The position numbers and the translations under genes were made by a program. Below are positions 1 to 7,988 of a stretch of DNA of 11,304 nt, one piece after another. The DNA lies in contig JBCBUK010000035.1 of assembly GCA_039818205.1 (NCBI GenBank), positions 1-11,304 on the forward strand, given 5' to 3'. Position 1 is the stretch's first letter; each line of letters begins with the position of its first letter. This stretch comes from Verrucomicrobiota bacterium (GTDB lineage: Bacteria; Verrucomicrobiota; Verrucomicrobiia; Opitutales; Cerasicoccaceae). The notes beneath the pieces are model-generated. The model was not told the DNA's origin and searched no databases. It saw only the letters and a list, made by a program, of their open reading frames with translations.

Positions 1-3000
1 CCCGCATTCCAAGTGTAGACCCAGCGCGCATCCTCTTGAAGGTTACCATCGGCATCGTAGATTTGGTTGGCTGGATTCACCGGCATCTCTTGCTCAAGCA
101 ATGCATCGGCCTCACGATCGACGCCGCCCGCGCCACCTCCGCTGAGGGTCCCGCGCACCCGCATCTCGTAGAGGCTACCTGTCGTGGCCGATTCCTCGGC
201 GGTTAAATCGTATTCGCCATAGAAGAAGCTGCCGTTGCGCGCTGGTTGCGGCGACGCACCTGCTCCAGATGTCACCACCGGATTCGCGCTTTTCTCAAAG
301 TAGAGCGCCGCCTGCGGATCAGCGCCTCCGTATGCCTGGGCCACCCAGCTCTCGCTGATACTGCCATATTGATTCAAGGCATTGGCACCCGTCGCCCCCT
401 GCCCATCGGTACTCGCATAGTAATCAACGCGAGCAGCACTGGAGCCCTGCTCGGCCCATTGGCGGTTACCAATATCGTCGAATCCGTAGACAAAAGAATA
501 GCCGGGAACCGCAACATCCGTATTCGTCCGTTTGACCGCGCCCGTTAGCTGGCCAAGGTCGTCGTAGGCATAGTCCCAATACTCACCGGTCGAGTGCGTC
601 TCGCGGGTTCGCTGGTTGGCATCGTTGTAGGCGTAGACGAATGACGAAATCGTAGCCGCCGCATGATCGGAATTTGTAACCGAAGTCAGGCGATTGAGCA
701 AATCCCACTGCTTCGAAACAGTTGCCATGTTCGCGGTTCCATTGTTCGCCACAATCTGGTCAACCAGGTAGGAGTTTGCATGGTAGGAATAGGTAAAGGT
801 CTGGTCATCTGCCAATGGGCGCTTGAAGCTTACCGTATCAAGGCGACTTGAATCGGTCTGGTAGGCGTAATCAATCGAGAACTGAGAGACGGCATCGTCG
901 ATCAATGCAACCGATTGATAACGATTGAGGCTGTCTTGTGTCCGCTCAATGACCATGCCTGCGAACGAACCGGTATCGTAAGTTTCTGAGTCCAGCGATC
1001 CGTTCTCATAGGTTAGGGTTCGTTGGCCCGAGGCATCCGTGACCTGTTCGATACGCCCCAACCGGTCATACTCATAGGTGACGGTTGGAGTTCCGTCGCT
1101 GTAGGCCATCGTATGCAGCTGATTGGTATCTGAATGGTAGGTATAAGTCACCGTATCGCCCCGCGCATTGGTGACCACATTGAGGCGACCATCGCCTAGG
1201 TAGGCATACGAGGGACCCGCCGTTCCCGAGACCGAACCAGCCGAATCGATTGCGGCATCATACCACTTCTGATCAAGCAGGCCAGCATCGTTGTAGGTCC
1301 AGGCTGTTATTGCTGCGCCACCGACTCCGCTTCCCGTTGCGTTGTCAAAGTCTTGCCATGTAGTCTGGCTAAGTAGGCGTCCTGCGTAGTCGTAGGCATA
1401 CTCCACGGCATTGGTCCGGTCACCATAAGACTTCACCGTCCGCCCCCGGGCATCCGTCTCATTGATTTGCGTTTTCAAATCAGGCAAGGTAACGGTGGTT
1501 TTCAACCCGCCGGCCAAGAAATCGTAGTCGAGCGAAGTCGTTTGAGCATCGAGTCCAATACCCGTCGCTCCAAGGTCAGGGTCCGGCGTCTCGGCAGACT
1601 TGAGCTGACCGTCGGTATAGTAGAGCAGTGTCGTTGTGCCATTGCGCTCATCCGTGCTCTTCCACAACCGGCGGAAGGAATCATACTGATTGGTTACCCG
1701 CTTCAAGAATGTTGAACCCGCGCTCTGCGATTGCTCAACAAGCAAGCCATCCTCAGTGATCGAGACAAGCGTTGAGTTGTCGGGAGCAGTCGTGGTTGTC
1801 GTGACTCGGCGATTAACCGGGTCAATATCGGTTTCGGTGATCGTTTCCTGGTCATAGGTTGTGCTCCATGAAATCAATCTATCGACTGCAGTTTGAGTAT
1901 TTCGGACAGTCGTAGCAATGTCCGAACCATCAACCTCCCAAACCTCGACCTTATAGAATGAGACTGCAATGACACCCTCGAGCCCAAGCGACCTTTTTAA
2001 ATATGTTGAGGTCACCTTAGAGATACGATCACTACCATCGTAGTCGATGATTCCATTGCCATTTACATCGATAGCTGTCGTGGTTTGCTGCCCCTCGGAG
2101 TTGTAATCGTAGAGAGTCGCGAGGCCACTGTAGTCGACGGACTTCTCGAGCTGCCCTTTGTCGTTAAAATATCGGAATAAGCTAGTTACACCGCTACCGG
2201 GGGAAGCATTTGGACGGTCGACGCGGTATACCCGTCCGAGAGCGTCACGGTAAGTCTTGGTGTATTCTGTGCTCGGAGCTCCGTCTTTCAGTAAACTATC
2301 CGTAGCAGTGCGAACACTGTAGCCAAGGCTAGCATCAACTTCGACACCATAGGTTGTGCGGGAATGCTCAGTTCCCGTCCCAGTAATTTCGTAGACCATG
2401 CCATCGGCGTATTGGCGGACGATACGCGTCGAACCATCACGAGTAGTTGTAGTATCTAGAGTCCACGCTCCATCTTGCGTGCGAGCGTAGGTCGTTTGCA
2501 AGCTGCTCGAAGGCGCGGAATCTTTCCAGCGCGACTGCGTGTTGATGAGCTCCCCCGCGAGATTGTAGGTATTCTTCTGCTCGAGCTGTAGATTCTGGAG
2601 ATCCGGTCCACGCCAAGTTTCAAGGACCCGCCCCGATGCATCATAGACATACTGAGTAACCATCTCGTATGACGAACCAGAATACTCGGTCACATACTCC
2701 TCACGCCCTAATCCATCCCGTTCGATAACCGTAGTATTCCCGGTTACGTCGGTCACCGTGCCGAGTCCGCAACAGGAGTAGGTCATCGACTCGATTGTCC
2801 CATTCAAATAAATATATGTTTGGGGACGTCCAAAGTCATCGAAATCAGCGCCCATCTGATTGGATACAACCAACTCACCCAGAAAAGCTGAATTGCGATA
2901 ACGAGTTTCTGACTCAACGAGACTACCCTGAAAATTGGTTTTTCTAGACGTCCAGGTTCCATTAACAACCGCGGTTGGAGAGCTAAAACTATAAGGCTCA

Positions 3001-5267
3001 CCGGTAGCGACGGTAACCTCGAAACTGGAATTCTGAGCATTCTGATAGGTATAAATGGTCGCCGTTGAATCCGGGTCGATTTGCCAAGCAATCCGACCTG
3101 ACCAGGGGCCTTCATAAAACAAGGCGGATTCCGTTCGCAGATTCGCAGAGTCGTCCCAGCTCGCGTTAGGACTTACACCTTGAATATCGCTTCGTTTGTA
3201 AATCTTGTGACCAATATAATAGCTACCGCCAACGGGCCAATCAATCTGCCAAGATCTCGCAACAACCGTCCCTTGGATAGCTTCTGTTCGCTCAGTCATT
3301 TCTCCGTCAGGATTACTTAGAAAGCTATAGGCGAAGCTCACCACTTTATTCGAAGCTTCTAAGGAGCTCGAGCTGGTGGATAAATCCGGAGCTGGCTCAT
3401 TCAAATATCCGTAAATAGATTTGGATTTACGACCCGTGACTACATCGTATACACACCGTTCCCATTCCCCGTCAGGATAGACGACCTGTTTTAGTCTTCC
3501 ATAGGCAAGACCGTCATTCACTGCATCGTCATAGTAGGAGTACGTGGTGGTTCGAGCTGAGCCCCCAACCTCATCTGGATTAAGTACCTCGCTGACCATT
3601 CTTTCGACCTCAACGCCGTTGACCATAAACGTCCTGTAGGTTTCTTCAGTTACACTTGAGACGGTTACCAATCCAGCGCTTGCTGATTGCTCGGTAATGC
3701 GCTTCGTATACGTATTATTGATCAAGTCTTCAGTGATTTCCACGACTTTTACATACTCCCCATTTCCGACATCAAGCGTCCAAGTATCATTGGCTGAATC
3801 GTGAGTATATTCGTAGCTTCGGGTTGAACTTCCCCGTGTTGTAGTAATCCCCAACGACTCTCCTACTATGCCCGGATTCGTAATCTCATGAGTTACTAAC
3901 GGTACCAAGCCAGTAGTATCGTAGATTTTTGCGGGTCCACCCAAGTCGGGATTCCAGATTATGATCGTGCTGATATCCTCGATACTATCGATGTTATATC
4001 CAGATATTATGTATGTATCTTGATCAATGGCTTGAATATCCCAAAATAGAGTTGGAGTTACCAATTGGCGAGGAGCACCCGAATCCGTCTTGAGAAATTC
4101 CAGGTCATCTGATTCAGCAATGCTCACCCCAAGCCCGATGGGCTGATAGGTAGTCGAATCGATTATGTCGGTAGAAATGAAAAAAGACCCAGCGACACGG
4201 TCATCTTTAATCTTTCCTAGAGAAATACTAAAATCAACCGAACCGACATCGGCGCTTTCTGAGCCTGCAAGCGGGGAACCTGAAACATTGCAGGAACTTA
4301 TCGGGCGGAGTTCAATGGAAGCCAGCCAGGTGTTCTTACCCGATTTTAAAGGGATTTCCTCGCTCACCACATACTCTTCCGTCAGTGAGGCCTCTTGAAC
4401 TTGGAAGGTGTAAGTTTGATTTATCGTCGAAATGGGTCCTGAACCGACTCCAGCAACACGATCTTGCTGGTAAAACTCAACACGGGCCTCATAAGCACCG
4501 GCACATAAATTGTATTTGGCAATAAATTGAGCTGACTGACCTTCGACAACTCGGTCCGTGCGCGGTTCGGCATATGCCAAATTCTCTGTTCCATCCACGG
4601 TTCCGAAGTCACTTCCCCAACCGCGGGCGGCCTTACGCTCATTGGCGTAGCGCAGCGCAATTTCCTCGGTATCTTCATCTAAAAGCTTCAGCTCAACGGT
4701 TTGCTTCGGAATATAGGTTAGATTATGACACTCTTCATGATCGATTTCTGTGTTATGGAATCGCTTTGTAGTATTGTCGACGATCGTATATTCACTTAAA
4801 CCTATTTGACCCCAGTTGCTTTTGGACTGTGAGCTGCCAGGATCTTCAAAGCAGATTCCCTGGATGTGTCGGCTTTGGACAGAACCAGTTTCGACTCCAG
4901 TTATTAAATCTACATATCGTAAACCTTTTACCTGCGTCGCTTCGTACGCATAAATTGTGACGTCATTGTGTGGGTTTAGAAATGAATATTCCCTAGTTCC
5001 AAATAAACCATCCAGTGGTGGCGCCCCACCTTCTATTGCCGGGTCAAACGCCTCCTTACGATAATATCTGGGCGGCGAACTCGGGCTTAGATGCTCCGGG
5101 ATGCCGAAGAGCTTACTTTTCCCGCGCTGACTCGTAAATTCAATACTCTCCAAAGGAATAACGTCCCCTGTATTGCACTGTCCATAAACCGCGGACCCCG
5201 CCGATGAAACGAGGGCTAAGCATGCTAGCCATAAGAAGTTAAATCGCATATTCCGAACTATTTTCAT
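1..5267 (-). CDS. Rhs/YD-repeat protein with N-terminal Sec signal peptide, probable polymorphic toxin. Partial: >1755 aa, C-terminus beyond the left edge
   Basis: Manual translation from ATG 5267 (alternative Met at 5249) gives MKIVRNMRFNFLWLACLALVSSAGSAVYG-QCNTG. I found no stop from 5267 to 3421. Spot checks further on are in the same frame and give Rhs-type motifs: TTTYSYYDD, YGRLKQVVYPDGEWERCVYD, YSCCG, WDYAYDDLGQL, FDDIGNR, ANALNQY and, at 59-3, YDADGNLQEDARWVYTWNA. Probably absent from the ORF track because it has no stop in the window. Confidence 0.93.
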   Translation of the reverse strand, partial: MKIVRNMRFNFLWLACLALVSSAGSAVYGQCNTGDVIPLESIEFTSQRGKSKLFGIPEHLSPSSPPRYYRKEAFDPAIEGGAPPLDGLFGTREYSFLNPHNDVTIYAYEATQVKGLRYVDLITGVETGSVQSRHIQGICFEDPGSSQSKSNWGQIGLSEYTIVDNTTKRFHNTEIDHEECHNLTYIPKQTVELKLLDEDTEEIALRYANERKAARGWGSDFGTVDGTENLAYAEPRTDRVVEGQSAQFIAKYNLCAGAYEARVEFYQQDRVAGVGSGPISTINQTYTFQVQEASLTEEYVVSEEIPLKSGKNTWLASIELRPISSCNVSGSPLAGSESADVGSVDFSISLGKIKDDRVAGSFFISTDIIDSTTYQPIGLGVSIAESDDLEFLKTDSGAPRQLVTPTLFWDIQAIDQDTYIISGYNIDSIEDISTIIIWNPDLGGPAKIYDTTGLVPLVTHEITNPGIVGESLGITTTRGSSTRSYEYTHDSANDTWTLDVGNGEYVKVVEITEDLINNTYTKRITEQSASAGLVTVSSVTEETYRTFMVNGVEVERMVSEVLNPDEVGGSARTTTYSYYDDAVNDGLAYGRLKQVVYPDGEWERCVYDVVTGRKSKSIYGYLNEPAPDLSTSSSSLEASNKVVSFAYSFLSNPDGEMTERTEAIQGTVVARSWQIDWPVGGSYYIGHKIYKRSDIQGVSPNASWDDSANLRTESALFYEGPWSGRIAWQIDPDSTATIYTYQNAQNSSFEVTVATGEPYSFSSPTAVVNGTWTSRKTNFQGSLVESETRYRNSAFLGELVVSNQMGADFDDFGRPQTYIYLNGTIESMTYSCCGLGTVTDVTGNTTVIERDGLGREEYVTEYSGSSYEMVTQYVYDASGRVLETWRGPDLQNLQLEQKNTYNLAGELINTQSRWKDSAPSSSLQTTYARTQDGAWTLDTTTTRDGSTRIVRQYADGMVYEITGTGTEHSRTTYGVEVDASLGYSVRTATDSLLKDGAPSTEYTKTYRDALGRVYRVDRPNASPGSGVTSLFRYFNDKGQLEKSVDYSGLATLYDYNSEGQQTTTAIDVNGNGIIDYDGSDRISKVTSTYLKRSLGLEGVIAVSFYKVEVWEVDGSDIATTVRNTQTAVDRLISWSTTYDQETITETDIDPVNRRVTTTTTAPDNSTLVSITEDGLLVEQSQSAGSTFLKRVTNQYDSFRRLWKSTDERNGTTTLLYYTDGQLKSAETPDPDLGATGIGLDAQTTSLDYDFLAGGLKTTVTLPDLKTQINETDARGRTVKSYGDRTNAVEYAYDYAGRLLSQTTWQDFDNATGSGVGGAAITAWTYNDAGLLDQKWYDAAIDSAGSVSGTAGPSYAYLGDGRLNVVTNARGDTVTYTYHSDTNQLHTMAYSDGTPTVTYEYDRLGRIEQVTDASGQRTLTYENGSLDSETYDTGSFAGMVIERTQDSLNRYQSVALIDDAVSQFSIDYAYQTDSSRLDTVSFKRPLADDQTFTYSYHANSYLVDQIVANNGTANMATVSKQWDLLNRLTSVTNSDHAAATISSFVYAYNDANQRTRETHSTGEYWDYAYDDLGQLTGAVKRTNTDVAVPGYSFVYGFDDIGNRQWAEQGSSAARVDYYASTDGQGATGANALNQYGSISESWVAQAYGGADPQAALYFEKSANPVVTSGAGASPQPARNGSFFYGEYDLTAEESATTGSLYEMRVRGTLSGGGAGGVDREADALLEQEMPVNPANQIYDADGNLQEDARWVYTWNA

Positions 5268-5406
5268 CGTATCAAACTATTAAAATATTGTATGCCGCCT
5301 GAGACACTGTCACGGCCAACACGAAAATCTTTTAGTATCTATTTCTGCTAAAATAATGACTATCAATAAATTCCCGTGTATTTCTCATCATTAAATTGAG
5401 ACTACA

Positions 5407-6174
5407 CTAGCGGGCGTTCCAAAGAACCAGAACAACGTCGGGGTGATCCTTCTCTATTGGATTCTGACCATTTTCGAAATCCGCGCCGTCGAGCAGCCCA
5501 TCACTATCAGTGTCTCCTATACTAGGATTGGAGTGAAAGAGGAACTCAGACCCATTGTCGAGCCCATCCATATCGTGATCAAGGGTCAGACTCGTCAAGG
5601 TTGTGAGGTTAGAAAAATAGAAACTCTCCCACCAGTCTGGGATACCATCACCAGCCCCTGAATTTTCACTATCGATCAATAACCAATTTCCCAGCTCCCA
5701 ACTAACTAAGAACTTAAGTTGGCCGATCGTAGTAACTGCATCTGGCTTGTCATCGCTCGTCGTTGAAGTCCACGGATAACCAGTCGTAGTGTCCACTGTC
5801 ATACTGCTTGGCCAATCGCTAAATCCAATAGCTTGCAAACGGTCATAGATCGGAGCGGTTAAAAATTTAGTCTGCGAATTAGTGACCACCAAATTATTGT
5901 CCGACAGATTCCTAAACCAAGGCAGAGCAACCAATGTATCGATTTCCGTCCCCGCACCACCCACAGGACCCAGGACTGAATCAAAATACTGCCGCGTTGT
6001 GTCGACGACATGCTTGGCTTGGCCTTGGGTCGCAACATTATTATCAGCTGCCGGATTAGAGTTTATCAGCCCATTCGTGGACCACCAGGTAGGAGTCTGA
6101 GCCAACAAGCTACCGCAAAATAGACCTGTAAATAGAAACGACGCCACTGGGCGGGAGAATACTGAGATTTTCAT
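5407..6174 (-). CDS. Secreted 255-aa protein: N-terminal domain with three GQxK-type motifs, C-terminal bacterial thrombospondin type 3-like (DxDxDG) Ca-binding repeats
   Basis: Signal peptide MKISVFSRPVASFLFTGLFCGSLLA|QTPTWW. Motifs DNNVATQGQAK, NNLVVTNSQTK, DAVTTIGQLK. C-terminal GDGIPDWWE, DHDMDGLDNGSE, NPSIGDTDSDGLLDGAD, GQNP. Confidence 0.85.
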   Translation of the reverse strand: MKISVFSRPVASFLFTGLFCGSLLAQTPTWWSTNGLINSNPAADNNVATQGQAKHVVDTTRQYFDSVLGPVGGAGTEIDTLVALPWFRNLSDNNLVVTNSQTKFLTAPIYDRLQAIGFSDWPSSMTVDTTTGYPWTSTTSDDKPDAVTTIGQLKFLVSWELGNWLLIDSENSGAGDGIPDWWESFYFSNLTTLTSLTLDHDMDGLDNGSEFLFHSNPSIGDTDSDGLLDGADFENGQNPIEKDHPDVVLVLWNAR

Positions 6175-6237
6175 ATTACTAGAGCTTGCCGATAAATCGC
6201 CACCGGATTAACTGTACCTAAGGACACCGCCGTTCCG

Positions 6238-7707
6238 CTAGGGAGCAAATGGTGGAATGTCCCCCTGAGGGGTCACTTGAACACTACCTGTAATAACCAC
6301 ATTCCCAGACAAACCGGTGGTCCCAACAACATGGAGGTTGTATTGCGGATCAGCCACCCCGATCCCAATTTCGCTACTGCCAAGATCTCCATAAATCGCA
6401 TTGCCAATATTCAACTGGTCGCTGCCATTTGGGTTCGGCAAGTTTGCGTCATATCCCAGAGAAATATTGTTGCTGCCCACTATTAAATCATCCCCAGCGA
6501 GTCCCCCGATAATGGTATTGTTGCTGCCGCTGGTCATGGCCACGCCCGCTTCGGTGCCAACCAATACATTATGACTACCCGAATCAATATTCAGTCCAGC
6601 ATCCTCACCAACCGCGACGTTTGATTCTCCGGTATCTAGTGCCAGCAACGCGTTATACCCCAATCCAATATTGTAATTAACTATACTACTGGCATCGTCA
6701 CCAGCATACTTCATCGCATTTGTTCCGATAGCAATGTTATAGGCGCCATACTCCCCTTCGAGCAATGAAAACGAGCCAATCGCAACCGAATAGTTGCCTG
6801 TGAGATTGTCTCTAAGAGCTCCGTTCCCAAAAGCAACGTTTCCCGACCCCGAAAGCTTATTCTTCATAGCTCCAGTTCCGAATGCATAGTTGGTATTTCC
6901 AGTCGTATTAAAATGCATTGCAGAAGCGCCGATAGCAAGATTATGATTTCCCGTTGTATTGGAGGTAAGCGCTGATGTTCCGATTGCCAAATTTTTATAG
7001 CCGGTCGTGTTATTTGCGAGTGCCAACTCTCCAATGGCTACATTGTGATCACCTACCGTATTGTCTTCCAGCGTCCGGGAGCCGATGGCAAGGTTACCAG
7101 CGCCGCTCGTCATTGATTGGCTCGAGTTGTATCCGAAAATGAAGTTTCCCCCTCCCGTCATTCCAGAAATCTCCGGGCCAAAGCTTACCGAGTAGTTGTC
7201 GTAGAGCCACAATAAGGTAGAACTGCTACTCCCAATTCCAATTTCACTTCCAGTCGACTGCAACCCTGTAGCCGACAGACTTCCGTCGGACTCAACTAGT
7301 GCCACTGGCTTTCCATCGATCGTTATTTCTAGATCGCGTGGATTCAAGACAATCGCTGGAGCCGGCGACGTCTCATCCATGTCATAAAGCGTCAAGATAT
7401 TAAACTCATCGAGCGACATCTGGTTGAAAGTTCCATCGGTCTTCCAATACCATTTCGATTGCGGCTCCGTTACGGCGAATATCACTTTCCCAGGATGATC
7501 ACCATCTCCGTCTTGGTAAAATTTCGTGTAATAAAACTCTACGCCATCATCAGTCGTTGCCGTAGGATCCTCGATCCGAAGCTGGCCCTCGATTTGTACA
7601 TCGTCGGTTCCGATAAGCTCGAATGACGCATGAGAACTTGTGGACGCGACCAACACCACGGCCAACGGTGAGAGGACAGACCAATAATTTCTGAAAGATG
7701 GATACAT
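6238..7707 (-). CDS. Secreted 489-aa adhesin/tail-fibre-like beta-roll repeat protein
   Basis: Signal peptide ending ...VASTSSHA|SF. About 14 tandem 17-aa repeats of type NTTGxxNxAIGxxAL, similar to YadA-head/Hep_Hag NSVAIG repeats. C-terminal GIGVADPQYNLHVVG fibre-like motif, ending VTPQGDIPPFAP. Confidence 0.85.
   Translation of the reverse strand: MYPSFRNYWSVLSPLAVVLVASTSSHASFELIGTDDVQIEGQLRIEDPTATTDDGVEFYYTKFYQDGDGDHPGKVIFAVTEPQSKWYWKTDGTFNQMSLDEFNILTLYDMDETSPAPAIVLNPRDLEITIDGKPVALVESDGSLSATGLQSTGSEIGIGSSSSTLLWLYDNYSVSFGPEISGMTGGGNFIFGYNSSQSMTSGAGNLAIGSRTLEDNTVGDHNVAIGELALANNTTGYKNLAIGTSALTSNTTGNHNLAIGASAMHFNTTGNTNYAFGTGAMKNKLSGSGNVAFGNGALRDNLTGNYSVAIGSFSLLEGEYGAYNIAIGTNAMKYAGDDASSIVNYNIGLGYNALLALDTGESNVAVGEDAGLNIDSGSHNVLVGTEAGVAMTSGSNNTIIGGLAGDDLIVGSNNISLGYDANLPNPNGSDQLNIGNAIYGDLGSSEIGIGVADPQYNLHVVGTTGLSGNVVITGSVQVTPQGDIPPFAP
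6436..7161 (-). repeat. Coding tandem repeat, about 14 x 17 aa (51-nt period), degenerate at DNA level
   Basis: Examples: NTVGDHNVAIGELALAN / NTTGYKNLAIGTSALTS / NTTGNHNLAIGASAMHF / NTTGNTNYAFGTGAMKN / KLSGSGNVAFGNGALRD / NLTGNYSVAIGSFSLLE. Confidence 0.85.
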
Positions 7708-7988
7708 ACTAAAGATAGGATCTATGGTTGGTGATTTTTTTGATGCGAAGGAAACCCTTCAACGGGAGAAGAAGGTCAGCTAATACCGTACCAACACGGG
7801 ACCAGGAATGAAAATCGAAGACTGATTGCAGGATACCGATATGACAAGCGAAAATATGAAAAATATAAATATAGATTGATACGGAATTTTTCGTCATGCA
7901 AATGGCACATTTATAGATGCGCTGAATCAAAGGCTTACGCATTATTGATACGCTCATATCATTAGCAAAGAGGCAGACTGTGAATAAC
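7708..7988 (-). promoter_or_regulatory. AT-rich intergenic region, probable promoter region for the fibre/TSP3/Rhs genes
   Basis: 7861-7920 is 17/60 GC by hand count. Weak sigma70-like TTGCTA-N16-AATAAT on the minus strand (7968-7941). Direct repeat ATTGATACG at 7875-7883 and 7944-7952. Confidence 0.35.

Noticed and set aside
246..4771. Short ORFs on both strands in the track (246..548, 663..851, 1467..1715, 1502..1684, 2456..2650, 2804..3115, 4165..4398, 4421..4678, 4574..4771)
   Set aside because: All are antisense or out-of-frame shadows within the long Rhs reading frame.
6436..7161. CRISPR array or DNA-level tandem repeat
   Set aside because: The periodicity is at protein level with divergent codons; there are no identical DNA repeats with spacers.
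7747..7760. GAAGG-AAAC-CCTTC hairpin as a packaging signal or terminator
   Set aside because: Only a 5-bp stem with no U-tract; expected by chance.
7903..7920. Sigma54-like TGGCAC motif
   Set aside because: Lacks the GC at -12 (GG-N10-GA) and faces away from the downstream operon.
7930..7965. Possible dif-like (XerC/D) attachment site around TAATGCGTAA
   Set aside because: Only partial resemblance to a XerC arm, and no TTATGTTAAA-like XerD arm at the 6-bp spacing.
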